Origin: Euglena gracilis
Taxonomy: Eukaryota
Assembly (NCBI GenBank): GCA_039621445.1
Contig: CP154954.1
Span: 46,727,847-46,791,846 of the forward strand
Reading direction: 5' to 3'
DNA length: 64,000 nt
Shown piece by piece: positions 52,201-64,000 of the stretch; position 1 is the first letter of the stretch; each line of letters starts with the position of its first letter. Under the pieces are notes generated by a model. The model was not told the DNA's origin. It searched no databases and saw only the letters and a list, made by a program, of their open reading frames with translations. The position numbers were made by a program, and so were the translations under genes.

Positions 52201-55200
52201 GGGACAAAAACCCAGTTGAGCGGCAGCAGCGATGACTGCTTGTCCTTGATGATGATCAGGTCGGGCATGGAGAAGAGCAGGCCCCAGAAGGACTACTCCC
52301 TGAGGTGGGTCCTCTGACCCCGGTGTCGGGTGGCCTTTGCACTGCAAAATTGGGGTTAGATGCCCCCACAGCTTCAATGTCTGCCTCCCTCTGCTAAGCC
52401 CCTTTCGTGGACTAAAAAAGGATGAAACTCGTGCCATGAGAACGCTCCTCTTTCTTCTTGGGTGTCCAAACTCGCATTTAAGCTTTTTTCCTTTGTCGGT
52501 GTGCACAAATGCACACATCGACAATTTTTACGAAAGTGACAACAGCTGGCTCTCGAAACCCAAACTATGTGATCATGATGTGCTGTAGTGCCCCAGGACG
52601 CAGAGATGGAAACAGGGACTTTGACAGTTGGGGCCCACCGTTGGGGCCTAAGAGCAGGTGTCACCACAGCATTCGGGGTACATAACACACAGGACGTCAG
52701 TCTGGAACCTTCGAACACAACTGCCTCATCAAAGTGGGATGTTAATACCCCCTCCCTAATAGAAGCGCGGGCGCGCTTCTATTTGGACCCTGCCTGTGCG
52801 ATTTTTTTGCTGATCTCCTTTAATGCTGATCTCCATCAAAATGGGGGTGCGCTTGTAGTGGACCGCCGCCTTCAACAGCAGAGGGTGCGCTGTTATTTAG
52901 ACCCTGCGCTTGCAGCGGCCCCACGCTTCTATTCAGGGGGGGGGGGCGGATTTAGTGGAACGATTTAGGACAGATGAGATTAAGTCTGAAACGATGCTCT
53001 GAACTTTCAACTTTGCAAAAATTTGGTTTGAAAAACCTCAAGTTCGAGATATTTTTGTAGAATTTAAAGACAGCTAAAAGATCAGCCTTCTAGGGCCTGA
53101 AACTGGGCATTGGCAGTTGGGTTGGTGCGCGCAATTGTGCAAATGAACCATTCTAATGGCTGATGTGCGCATTGACACCCACCCACCGAAACTTTGTTTC
53201 ATTATTCTGAAGCCTCAATAACGGGGGATTCTGAGACAAGAGAAGGGTGGAAACAGGAGGAGAGCAACATATGGAGCGTTGTGTTCAAATTGGAGGTGTT
53301 GTGAGGAGTGTTTGAGAGGGTCAAATGAAGTGTGTCAGGGAACGACATTATATGGCCCCCCTAAACACCAAGGTTTTGATCGCGCCTCATTTACAAAAAT
53401 ACTGGGGGTGGACCTTTAAACTAAATTTTAGGGCAAAAACCTGGAAAGCCCTTTTGATGTTTCAAAAGCTAAAAATGATTTTTCAAACCACAGCACCACA
53501 GGAATGCAAGGGAGGACACCATAATTTCATTGCATTCATTTTCCAGCATCAAACACGGTGAAATGGGTGGCTCTTGGTTGACTTTGAAATGGTAGGTGTG
53601 CGCAAATGCGCACATCGACCATCAGCGCATTTGTGCACACTGAGATCATCCTTGTTGTTGTATGGGTGCCACAGGTATTAAACACCAGTGGGGTAGAATG
53701 GAGAACTTGTCACCGAACTCAACTGGTTCCGTGTGGTTATCCTCCTGTGTTCTGTGTCCCCCTCATCAACCACCACTGACAGAGTTCTCTCACAGCCCAT
53801 TTCCACCCGTTTTTTTTTGCATGAGAAATTCCATTCCTTTTGTAGCCAACTTCAAAAACCTCCACAACGTGCGGCAGGGCTTCAGAAAGCAAGCAAAGGG
53901 TGGACCTGTCACCCCACCTCCAGAACACCACTGGGAGCTGTCAGTTGTCACGCAGGAAATGCAAATACCAGGTTTTTCGTGTATTTTTGGTCAATTTCTG
54001 ACTTCGGGAAAGTCAGTCCCAGGATTTCACAGTTGGGCAACGTGCTTACGCTTTTTGTTGTCGGTGTGTGTATGTTTGCACACCGACACATTTTTTTTTA
54101 AAAAAATTGGAAGGTTGGGGTTCAGGTTTGTGAACTGTTTGTGTCCCCCCCTTCCCCGTGCCCCTTCCCCCCCCCCCCGGACCCTCCCTCCCCCCACTCC
54201 CTTCCCCTGTGCCCCCTCCCCCAATAACAAAATCCTTTGGTGTGGACAAAGTTGGCGGACATGGCATAAATTGCAAACGGGTAAACGGTGTTGGAAAAAT
54301 CAGGAGGGCATGGTGTTTTTGTGGTTAGCGTGGGGTGTGGGGGGGAGTGGAGGTTTTGCAGCCCGGCGAATCAAAATTTTTTCGGTGCAGGGTGCCGAAA
54401 GTTTTTGGGAAAATAGTTTTTCCTTTATTTTCACCAAATTTTTTTGGCTGAAAAAAAATCCAACCCAGCTGGATTTGGGCTCTTTGCCTGTTTTCTGGTA
54501 CCCAAATATTAACCCCCCCCCCCCGGCTTGTTATTCGGATACCCGAAATCGGGGTCCAAAGGAGGAGCTTGGATTTTTCGTACAATGCATTTTTGATACA
54601 TATGTTAACCAAATTTCATCAATTCTTGTGCTTTTTCTTGTAGTATGTCTGGTGATTTTTACACCTGGTGTCAATTGGATTCATGGGTGCGGGCGTGGTG
54701 GGGGGCTTATGATTTATGCAGCCGATTGGGGGGAGGTATTATCACCACCCCCTTGTCTAAGCACCACCCCCCCGGTCCATTCCCGTCTTTTTAAACAGTC
54801 ATCTTCTCGGGAGGCTTATTTGTGTGAGCTTCTAAGAGAAGTTTATCGAAAATTTGGACATTCTGGGGCCTGGTTTTGTTGATTTTTTCTGATATTGTTG
54901 ATTTTTTCATCCAAGTGCCTGAAAGTTCAACAGTGGAACCCCAAAATAAGTGAATGTGGGTGGACACATTCCAAGCCTGAATCACCTCAGCGCAGAATAG
55001 GAAATTCCCCTAATGTTGGGGGTCCGCTGTATTTCCTTGCAGGCATTGCGATGATGAAATCAGCAATGTATCACACAATCCTGAAAAGTGTGAGGAATGT
55101 CGAAATTTTCGAGAAACATTTCATGTTTCCACAAAAAAAAAGGCTCCCGAGAAGGCGACCTTTGAAAAGACGGTGCTCTTGAACAAGGGTTGAAGGGAAC

Positions 55201-55650
55201 AAGGTTCTCTTGAACAAGGCTTAGACAACGGAGGGAGGATGTATGAGACCATGTTGTTCACACCGGTCAGCATGGGATCCCCTCAGGTTGGAATCCCAGC
55301 CGCTCCACCCGGTTCTTCTGCTTGCCGCCGCTGAAGCCCTGGAGGCCCTTCAGCGTGCCCCCCAGCACCCCCTCGGGCCGCGCCTTCATCTGCTCCCGGG
55401 TGTACTGCCGGGCTCAGGGCAGAGACCAGCCTGTGGCTGAGGCGATGAGTTACCCCGGACTTGGCAACACACCAGCCTTCTCCTGCCATATGGGGATCCT
55501 CACCCCCCCCCCGATGTGGTCTGAGGCCCTGGATGGAAGTCATTGTAGTCCTTCCACATGAGGGCGTCCCAGCGGCTGCGGTCCACGTCCGGCGAGTAGA
55601 ACGACTTGCGGTAGTGGAGCTCCGCCAGCTTCGGGGAGGTGCTCTCGGGG
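46260..55650 (-). CDS. Host gene exon block B, paralogous to block A (exons about 55535-55650, 55283-55409, 52195-52295, 51552-51720, 46837-47035, 46260-46476)
   Basis: YSPDVDRSRWDALMWKDYNDF, KNRVERLGFQPE, SFWGLLFSMPDLIIIKDK, LRDFELSDTELFEGPSFF, FLELRDIVRDCVMHYPEGVPLSQF, GYGWRDVLLGMPDL. Confidence 0.65.
48237..51227. mobile_element. Non-autonomous subfamily B element (2,991 bp), CTTAG termini, 5-bp TSD
   Basis: Ends CTTAGGCGGCCGATTTCGCACTTAAGC and GCTTAAGTGCGAATTCGGCCGCCTAAG; TSD TGGAT (48232-48236, 51228-51232); clusters of TGCGCAAATGCGCGCA-type motifs. Confidence 0.92.
52457..53640. mobile_element. Decayed subfamily B-like copy (left end recognisable, right end not found)
   Basis: CTTGGGTGTCCAAACTCGCATTTAAGCTTTTTTCCTTTG at 52457 resembles the subfamily B left end; TGCGCA-type motifs near 52500, 53125 and 53600. 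Confidence 0.5.
52745..52953. mobile_element. About 210-bp MITE family, diverged copy
   Basis: CCCTAATAGAAGCGCGGG ... GCTTCTATTCAGGGGGG with the same interior as the other two copies. Confidence 0.65.
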
Positions 55651-56580
55651 CAAGTGGGGCCGTCGCTGTTACACATGGATGGCAACCTCCCCCCCCCACG
55701 GGTACAAAGGTCGGAGACAGGTCTCCTACCTGTGCACTCGCTGACTTGACAGGTGGTACAGGAGACTTTGACAATTTCCTGGGCCGGGTGGTACCCTGCC
55801 AGGTTCTTGGGCATGACAGTTTCCCAGGGGGGTGTCCATCATTGGGGATTCCCGAATGATGCCGAGCTCCTGTTCACTCTTAACCTTAAACTCAGAGCAA
55901 GCGGAGTTCCAAATAATGCGAGCATGGGCGTATCCATCACAGAAAAATCGCGCAGTCTAAAAGTTGGCAATTGAGGCCAAAAATGGGAAAAAGAACCCAA
56001 TTGCATATGAGGGTACTTGGCAGACACCCAGAGCCACAGTGACTGATCATCACAAGCTGGCGAAGGAGCGACTTGTTGGCATCTCGAAGCGTAGGGGGGT
56101 CTTCATACCATGGGATCCCTGCCAGACTGGCAGGCACCGTATGGCAGAGTGGAAAGACAGATCAGACCAAGAACATCACCTTAACATCAACGAAATTTGC
56201 AGAGCTCGCACGATCTGCATCGGGACTTGGGGATGGGTTTGTTGGAATTCACAGGCCAAAAAAAAAAATGAAAGGGTCTACACAACTGAACAACATATGA
56301 ACAGCGAGTAGGGACAATGACAATAACTGGTGGAACAAAAAGACATGATCTCATTCGAACTTAGAACCAGGAGAAGACACCAATAAACCCACGTGCGGGG
56401 GTGGGATCTCAAGCGATCCAAACAACCCCCAGAATGCTGAATTTGCAGACGTGTTTGCAAATATTGACTAACCGGTGCACATTTGATCCAACGTGAAGCT
56501 TCTCAGATGGCATCGGCACAGTGTACTTTACAGAAACCAAGGCATGGGGAGTATTCTGGAAAGTGCTGGGAAATCCTGAA

Positions 56581-56932
56581 CATACAATTTTTTACCGACC
56601 CCCCGGGGGGGTCACTCCACTTTTTGAAAAACCAGTCAGTCACTTTTTTTTTGGGAAGCCAGTCAGTCACTACCCTCCCCGGGGGGGGGGGGGGGTCGGC
56701 CACTCAGAAAAACGGCCACTTTTAAGTCACTTTAGGCCATTTTAGGCCCAAAATTTTTTTTCTCGGCGCCTTCGGCGCCGGGGTCACTCAAGCCACTTTT
56801 GCCCACCCCTGGCCGACCCCCCGGGGGGGGGGGGGTCGGGGTCCGGGCCCAAAACCAGTCAGTCACTCTGAAAAAACCAGTCAGTCACCCCCGGGGGGGG
56901 GGGGGGTGGGACAGTGCTTAAAAAATTGTCTG
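56581..56932. mobile_element. hAT-like MITE
   Basis: TIR CATACAATTTTTTA / TAAAAAATTGTCTG; exact 8-bp TSD ATCCTGAA; internal CCAGTCAGTCAC repeats. Confidence 0.85.
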
Positions 56933-57339
56933 ATCCTGAATTTCATCATGCAAAAAGACGCAAAATCTGCGGAAAAAATGCAAATCTAAAGTTTTGAATT
57001 GTGCAAGGAATGAAAATTTTCAACTTGTATGTCCCCCTCTTGGGGAGCAGTTGAATTGAAATAAACTCCATTGATTGGGCCAAAATGCCAAGTCATTTTG
57101 AGCGCTCACAGGATAAAATCAGATTGTTTGCATATTTTTTTAAAAAAAGACTTGAGTGATCACTAAACAGCTGTACAACTGAACAACGAAAGAAAAACCG
57201 GAGGAACTTTTGCCCAAAAATTCTTTGCGATGCTTTTCTCCAGTTTTGCTGCTGTTTTGCGACTGCTCTAGTTTTCATCCCTCCCTGGAACTCGAGGGAG
57301 CAAAAAAGCTCGAAACGCCTGAACCAATGACTCCTCGGC

Positions 57340-58820
<1,481 letters not shown>

Positions 58821-59875
58821 GGCACGGTGCGCCGTTCCCCTCAATTTCCCCCCAGACTGCTTTTCCATCATTGTCCGTCCTCATTCCTGTTTCCCGTCGT
58901 TTTTGTCCGGACTGCATTTTTTGACAGGTTTTGACTGTTTCCAGGCCCCCTTGGTTGCACTGCGGCTTCTTGTCGGTTTATGGCCGGCGCTAACTTCGCT
59001 TCTGGCCCAGTTTGCTGTGTGGTGAGTGGCCAGGGACCCCTTACGACAGTGCTCTTTTGTTGCTCCGCCTGGCTGGGTGAGCAACTCTGGTGTAATTCCA
59101 GCGCTGTAGGGACATGCACTCACCTTGTGTGGTTGGTGTGGTTCCCGTGGGTGGGTCTACACCCTTGTGCCCCAGTGCTGCTCTTGCCTCCTACCCTCTT
59201 CCCACTTTTCTGTGTGGGGGATGCATGTCGAAGGCACAACGCCATCACTTGAAAAATTCCAATGTGGCCTCACGGCACTGGTCTGTTTCCAGACCCCCCC
59301 AAAAGGCCCAAAATTTCAGATTCAGAGGTGTGAAATGCTGTGATGAAAGTCCAAGTTTTTGGTCATTTACGTCCATTTATATTTGACAAAGAAATCCATG
59401 TTTTTGAATGGGTGTGAGACAAGAGGTGTGTCCGTGACGGGAGCGTTGGGCAGCATTTGTGAACTGGGCAATTTTTTTGGGAAGTGCAATGTGGATACCT
59501 ACCCCCTTCCCCCCGGGGAAACTGTCACCTGTCAAGTCAGCAAGCACAGAAGTAGGTGACATGTCCCCAAGGGTCGGGTTAGGGGAAAATGGGTGAATCT
59601 TTCGACCCCCCCCACTGACCAAAAAAAATCCAAAGAAAACGATCTTTTTTGCATTCTGTGGTCAAACTTCTAAAAATGAGGTCCACTAATTTTCACCTTC
59701 AAAAAAATCCATTTTCTGCGAGAAAACGTCAAAATCTTTAGGTGACAGGTCAGCGAGTACAGAGGTAGGTGACAGGTCCCAAGAGTGACAGATCAGCAAG
59801 TACGGAGCTTAGTCTCCAGGCCAGTCTCCCAGGCCTTGCAACAGAGTTTCAGGTGAATGTCCTCCTTCAATCGGT

Positions 59876-62800
59876 CTTAGGCGGCCGAATTCGCACTTAA
59901 GCTTTTTTCCTTTGGATGCGCGCAATTGCGCAAATGTACCATTTTTTTGTAACCCCTGGGACCCTGTACCCTGACACCCAGAACACGATTTAAGAACCGT
60001 TACACCCATCTATTGGAGGGGATTAACTCCCAGTGGTCTGGTGTGCATGCTGCTTAAGAGGTGACGTTAACAGGGCTGGGGGTGAGACTGGTGCTGTTGT
60101 ACATCAAACGGGAGAGAGGCACACACCCCTTGTAACGACACTTGGAAACGGTGCTGACGTGCTGCCTGAACTGGCTTGGACACTGCCGCCACCGGTAAGA
60201 ACACACGGGGCCTCATTAGACCACACCACCACAGACACACAGACTACGTGAGGCAGCCGTCACGCAATTGATGTGTGTTTATGCGTGCAATTGCGCAAAT
60301 AAAAACAATTGTGTTTATGGGCGCATTTGCGCAAATGAAACACAAACCAATGATGTTAAAATGACGTGTTGGTGGGCGCAAATGCGCGCACAAACTTATT
60401 TGGTGGTGTGCGCATTTGCGCAAATGCGCGCACCAACATAGTTATGTTTACTTGCGCAAATGCGCCCACCAACATGTACTTTTACTTTCTATGTTAAAAG
60501 ACACCAATGAGGACCATGACCTTACGAGGTTTAAAAACGTGATGGACGTGTTGGTGCGCGCAATTGCGCAAATAAACACAATTACGTTGGTGCGCGCATT
60601 TGTGCAAATGCGCGCACAAACATTTTATACACCGCTTCAAAATAATGTGTTTGTAGGAGCCTAAACACACAAAACAAAGTTGTGTTTATTTGCGCAAATG
60701 CGCGCATCAACACACATCAGTTGTGCGATACCATCTCCTCCTCCGTGACAGCTGGCGAACGCAATTCCTCACGCCAACCAATGGTTTGCGTCACAATTAC
60801 ATGCTGATGAAATTTGTGGTGAGAGGTGGTGTGGAGTGTTCACTGGAACACGGCATTTTGACTGGCCAAAATTTGCCTGTCTCACGTGTGTACGTACATT
60901 TGTACTGCTGTTACCAGGCCCACACGACCTGTTGTTTTGGAGTCATCCGTTTGGCAATTAAACGTAATGAATTGATGACATGCAAACGACCTGTGACTGT
61001 TCGACACCTTTTCTGCAACAGGACTGCGTTACAAGAAGACAAAATTTGGCACCTGAAATACCCGGGACGTGTCGGGCCGGAGTCCGTTTTACGGGGGTTT
61101 TTTTTGCCATTTTTCCCTTGAAAAACGTAAAAAAACACCGGTTTTTTGTGCATAATTTGGGGGGAGTGGGTCCCACCGCTTTGATGCACCCAATCCAGGG
61201 GTAAAGGTTCAACACTTCCTTGCATCCAAAGGAACGGGTGCTTGAGGGCTACCTCTCTTCGGCTGCTGGTTGCCATGCACTGGCACCACGTCATACCCCC
61301 AGTCTTACACCCTGGTTGCGGGGTATAACGTGGCCGCTGTGGTGGGTGTTGTTGCACCAGGGAAGTGGATGCTGACCTGTTGGGTGCTGAAGCATCAGCA
61401 GCTGATGGGGCTTTAACAGCGGAGCCCAGGCCGCAGGTCAGCGGCAGGGCCCTTGGGACCCAAAAATTGGTGCCGGTGGAGGTGTACCGTTACTGGGTGG
61501 CTATGCACGCACCTTCTGGAGATCCTATGTCTCCATCTTTTGTGGGACCTGTCAATGGTCAAAAAACGGCACAATAACACCATATACCGGAGGAGACGGT
61601 GTGGTCATTTGCTTTCAACCCATTCAGAAGCCACTAAGGGTAGTTGCAAGAGAGGCAAATGCAATCGTTTTCTACTCCTCCATTAGTTGTTTATTTGCGC
61701 ATTTGCGCGCATCACGTTGTTTGTGGGCGCAAATGCGCAAATAAACATAGTAAATTGTGCAGTTTCTGCATACAGTTTATTTGCGCATTTGAGCCCACAA
61801 ACAACGTGATGCGCGCAAATGCGCAAATAAACCACATCTGCTGTCAGTGTTTGACGGTTGTGTTTCCGTCACACCGTCCTTATTTGTGTTTATGGGCGCA
61901 AATGCGCGCACCAACACAATTATGTTGGTGCGCGCATTTGCGCAAATGCGCGCATAAAACATAATTTTTGTTGGTGTGCGCATTTGCGCCCATAAGCTTG
62001 CGCCGTTGACAAACAGTGTGACAAACTCACCAACTGGATGGCCCGTCAGTCCGTACCGTCAGGGCCTCTATGTCACGCAGTTTTTTAACGGCGTCAGTTC
62101 ATGGGTGCCAAAGCCCAATCCCTGAAGGACAAAATTGTGTTGATGCGCGCAATTGCGCGCATCAACATAAACATGTTGGTGCGCGCATTTGCGCACATAA
62201 ACACAATTTTGCCCTTCCAGTGTTGGGCTTCTTCCGCCGGGTTCTTTGCCACTCAACTGGTTCTTCTCATCCCGGGTATAAGCCGGGTGGGAGACACCCG
62301 TTCCTCTTTATTCCCTTCATTCCCTACGGACCCTATTTCATCCCCTCTGCGCATCCCTTGCCCAACACCCTGTACTTACCCTCCTTTCCCGTTGTCCTTC
62401 CCGCCGGCTTGGTCACACCACACCCACACCCCCCGGCACCTCCTCCCCGCGCTTTAACAAACAGCCCAAAAACACCACACCAAGGTGCCGCAAGCAAAGC
62501 AGTCCGGCAAACACCCAGGACGCACACTGCCGGCAGCTCGGACACACCCGGGGACACAGCTGAAAGGAGCAACAAGGGCAGTAAAGGTCCCGTTCCTATG
62601 GTGCTTTTTTTGCGTTTTTTTCCCTTTGGGCCGGCAGGGTCCCGGGGGTTTCAACTTACAAAGTCCATTTTGGTACACCCCAAAAACACCATTTTTCGCC
62701 AAAGTCCCGGGGATCATACAGCCAAAAACAGAATTTTGCTCATTTTTTGCACTCTCTTGTCCACGTGTTTTCAAACCCCCCTGACCTTCACAGCTGAAAC

Positions 62801-62883
62801 AAAGCAGAATCAAAAAATTCGTAAATTTGCGCAAGTGCGCAAATCAAACAAAAAATGCTTAAGTGCGAATTAGGCCGCCTAAG
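59876..62883. mobile_element. Second subfamily B element (3,008 bp), colinear with 48237-51227
   Basis: Ends CTTAGGCGGCCGAATTCGCACTTAAGC and GCTTAAGTGCGAATTAGGCCGCCTAAG; TSD TCGGT (59871-59875, 62884-62888); similar to 48237-51227 along its whole length, same orientation. Confidence 0.92.
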
Positions 62884-62942
62884 TCGGTGACTGACGTGGT
62901 CCAGGCGGGTCCCACCTGACGGCTGCCCAAAGCCAAAGAATA

Positions 62943-63148
62943 CTGTAACCCCCCCCCCCTAATATAAGCACGGGTGCGCTTATAGGGGACCGCCGCCTCC
63001 AGCGGCGGGGGGTGCGCTTCTATTTGGACCCTAGCTGCGCGATTTTTGTTGATTTCCTTTAGAAATCCCATCAAAATGGGGGGTGCGCTTTTATTTGGAC
63101 CCTGCGCTTGTAGCGGCCCCGTGCTTCTATTAGGGGGGGGGGGTTACG
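62943..63148. mobile_element. About 210-bp MITE family copy
   Basis: Closely similar to 6442-6662; starts TA|CTGTAACCCC. Confidence 0.75.
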
Positions 63149-64000
63149 CGGGTTGTCAATTGCAGTTACTTCTTCGTTCATCTCAGGCAGATATCCACCT
63201 GCACAAAATAATTCATTTGTCACTGCCAGTGGTCTCACCCATTTAAAGTTTTAGGGGGATACCGCCCCCCCCCATCCTCCGCCCTGAATGAATGAACGAC
63301 GAAATGCAGAAAAAGGTGAGAAATTGAGCATGTTCAGTGAAAACTGCAAAGAACTGTGATAAATACACAAACGTGTGTATAACAGTATCCAAAAATAGAA
63401 AAATGGGTATTCAACTGAAAAAAAAAACTATGTAAAGACAATGCAAATACTCTAAGGAAATCAGAAAGCAAGGAAGATGGGAGTGATCAGCCTAATTGCC
63501 AAAATTGCTTTCCAAACTTCAATGAAAGCAAAACCACTTTCGAAAATGCCCCAATTTCTGAACAAACGTCGCATCAAATGGGTTGCGTATGATTGTAAAT
63601 GCGGTGCAAAAGCTGCCAAAATGCCAAAATAAGCGCTAAATCAATGCAGCATTCGCAAAGGAAGCACTAATTATCAAGGGAAAAAAATTAAGCACTCAAT
63701 ATGCGAAAAGTGCAGAATAAGAGCTTTGCATATTCACCACCGCAAAAAAAGACATTTTTCATAAAGCTTGGGAACAATAAATGCGAAAAGCAGGTTTGGG
63801 AGTTTTGCAGCGGGGGGGGGGTCCCAAAACGCCCTCCTTTTCTTCGCCGGGGGATGATTGGTCGTCTCTTGGTTTGTCATCTTGTTGAAAGTTGCCGCCT
63901 AACCTCCTCCCCAACTTTGAACACCCCCACCTACTCCCCCCATCGGGCTGACAAACCAGCGGCCACAGGCCCAGGCAACAACTTCCTGGGCAGGAGGTGA

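Noticed and set aside
53662-54882. 406-aa ORF
   Set aside because: Lacks the GC3 bias of real exons, crosses homopolymer runs, and has no recognisable motif; it lies within a host intron on the opposite strand.

Overview
Eukaryotic nuclear DNA, repeat- and microsatellite-rich. It is very probably from a euglenid: several introns lack GT-AG ends and instead have base-paired ends, the clearest with CAG at +4..+6 pairing with CTG at -8..-6. A minus-strand host locus of small GC-rich exons runs from about 58.8 kb to the window start. It encodes repeated LOTUS/OST-HTH-like modules, and one multi-exon block occurs twice (about 0.9-11.7 kb and 46-55.7 kb). Its introns hold many MITEs. The main finding is a DNA-transposon family with CTTAGGCGG...CCGCCTAAG termini and exact 5-bp target-site duplications (TSDs): one 12,976-bp element (17967-30942) and three elements of about 3 kb (6724-9672, 48237-51227, 59876-62883). 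The large element encodes an about 835-aa Academ/Transib-like DDE transposase interrupted by non-GT-AG introns. It also encodes a second spliced protein with a ParB/Srx-like N-terminal domain and a degenerate N6A/N4C DNA-methyltransferase-like fold. Each subfamily is densely covered by its own CG-rich palindromic motif. All protein family calls come from reading motifs by eye; no database search was run.
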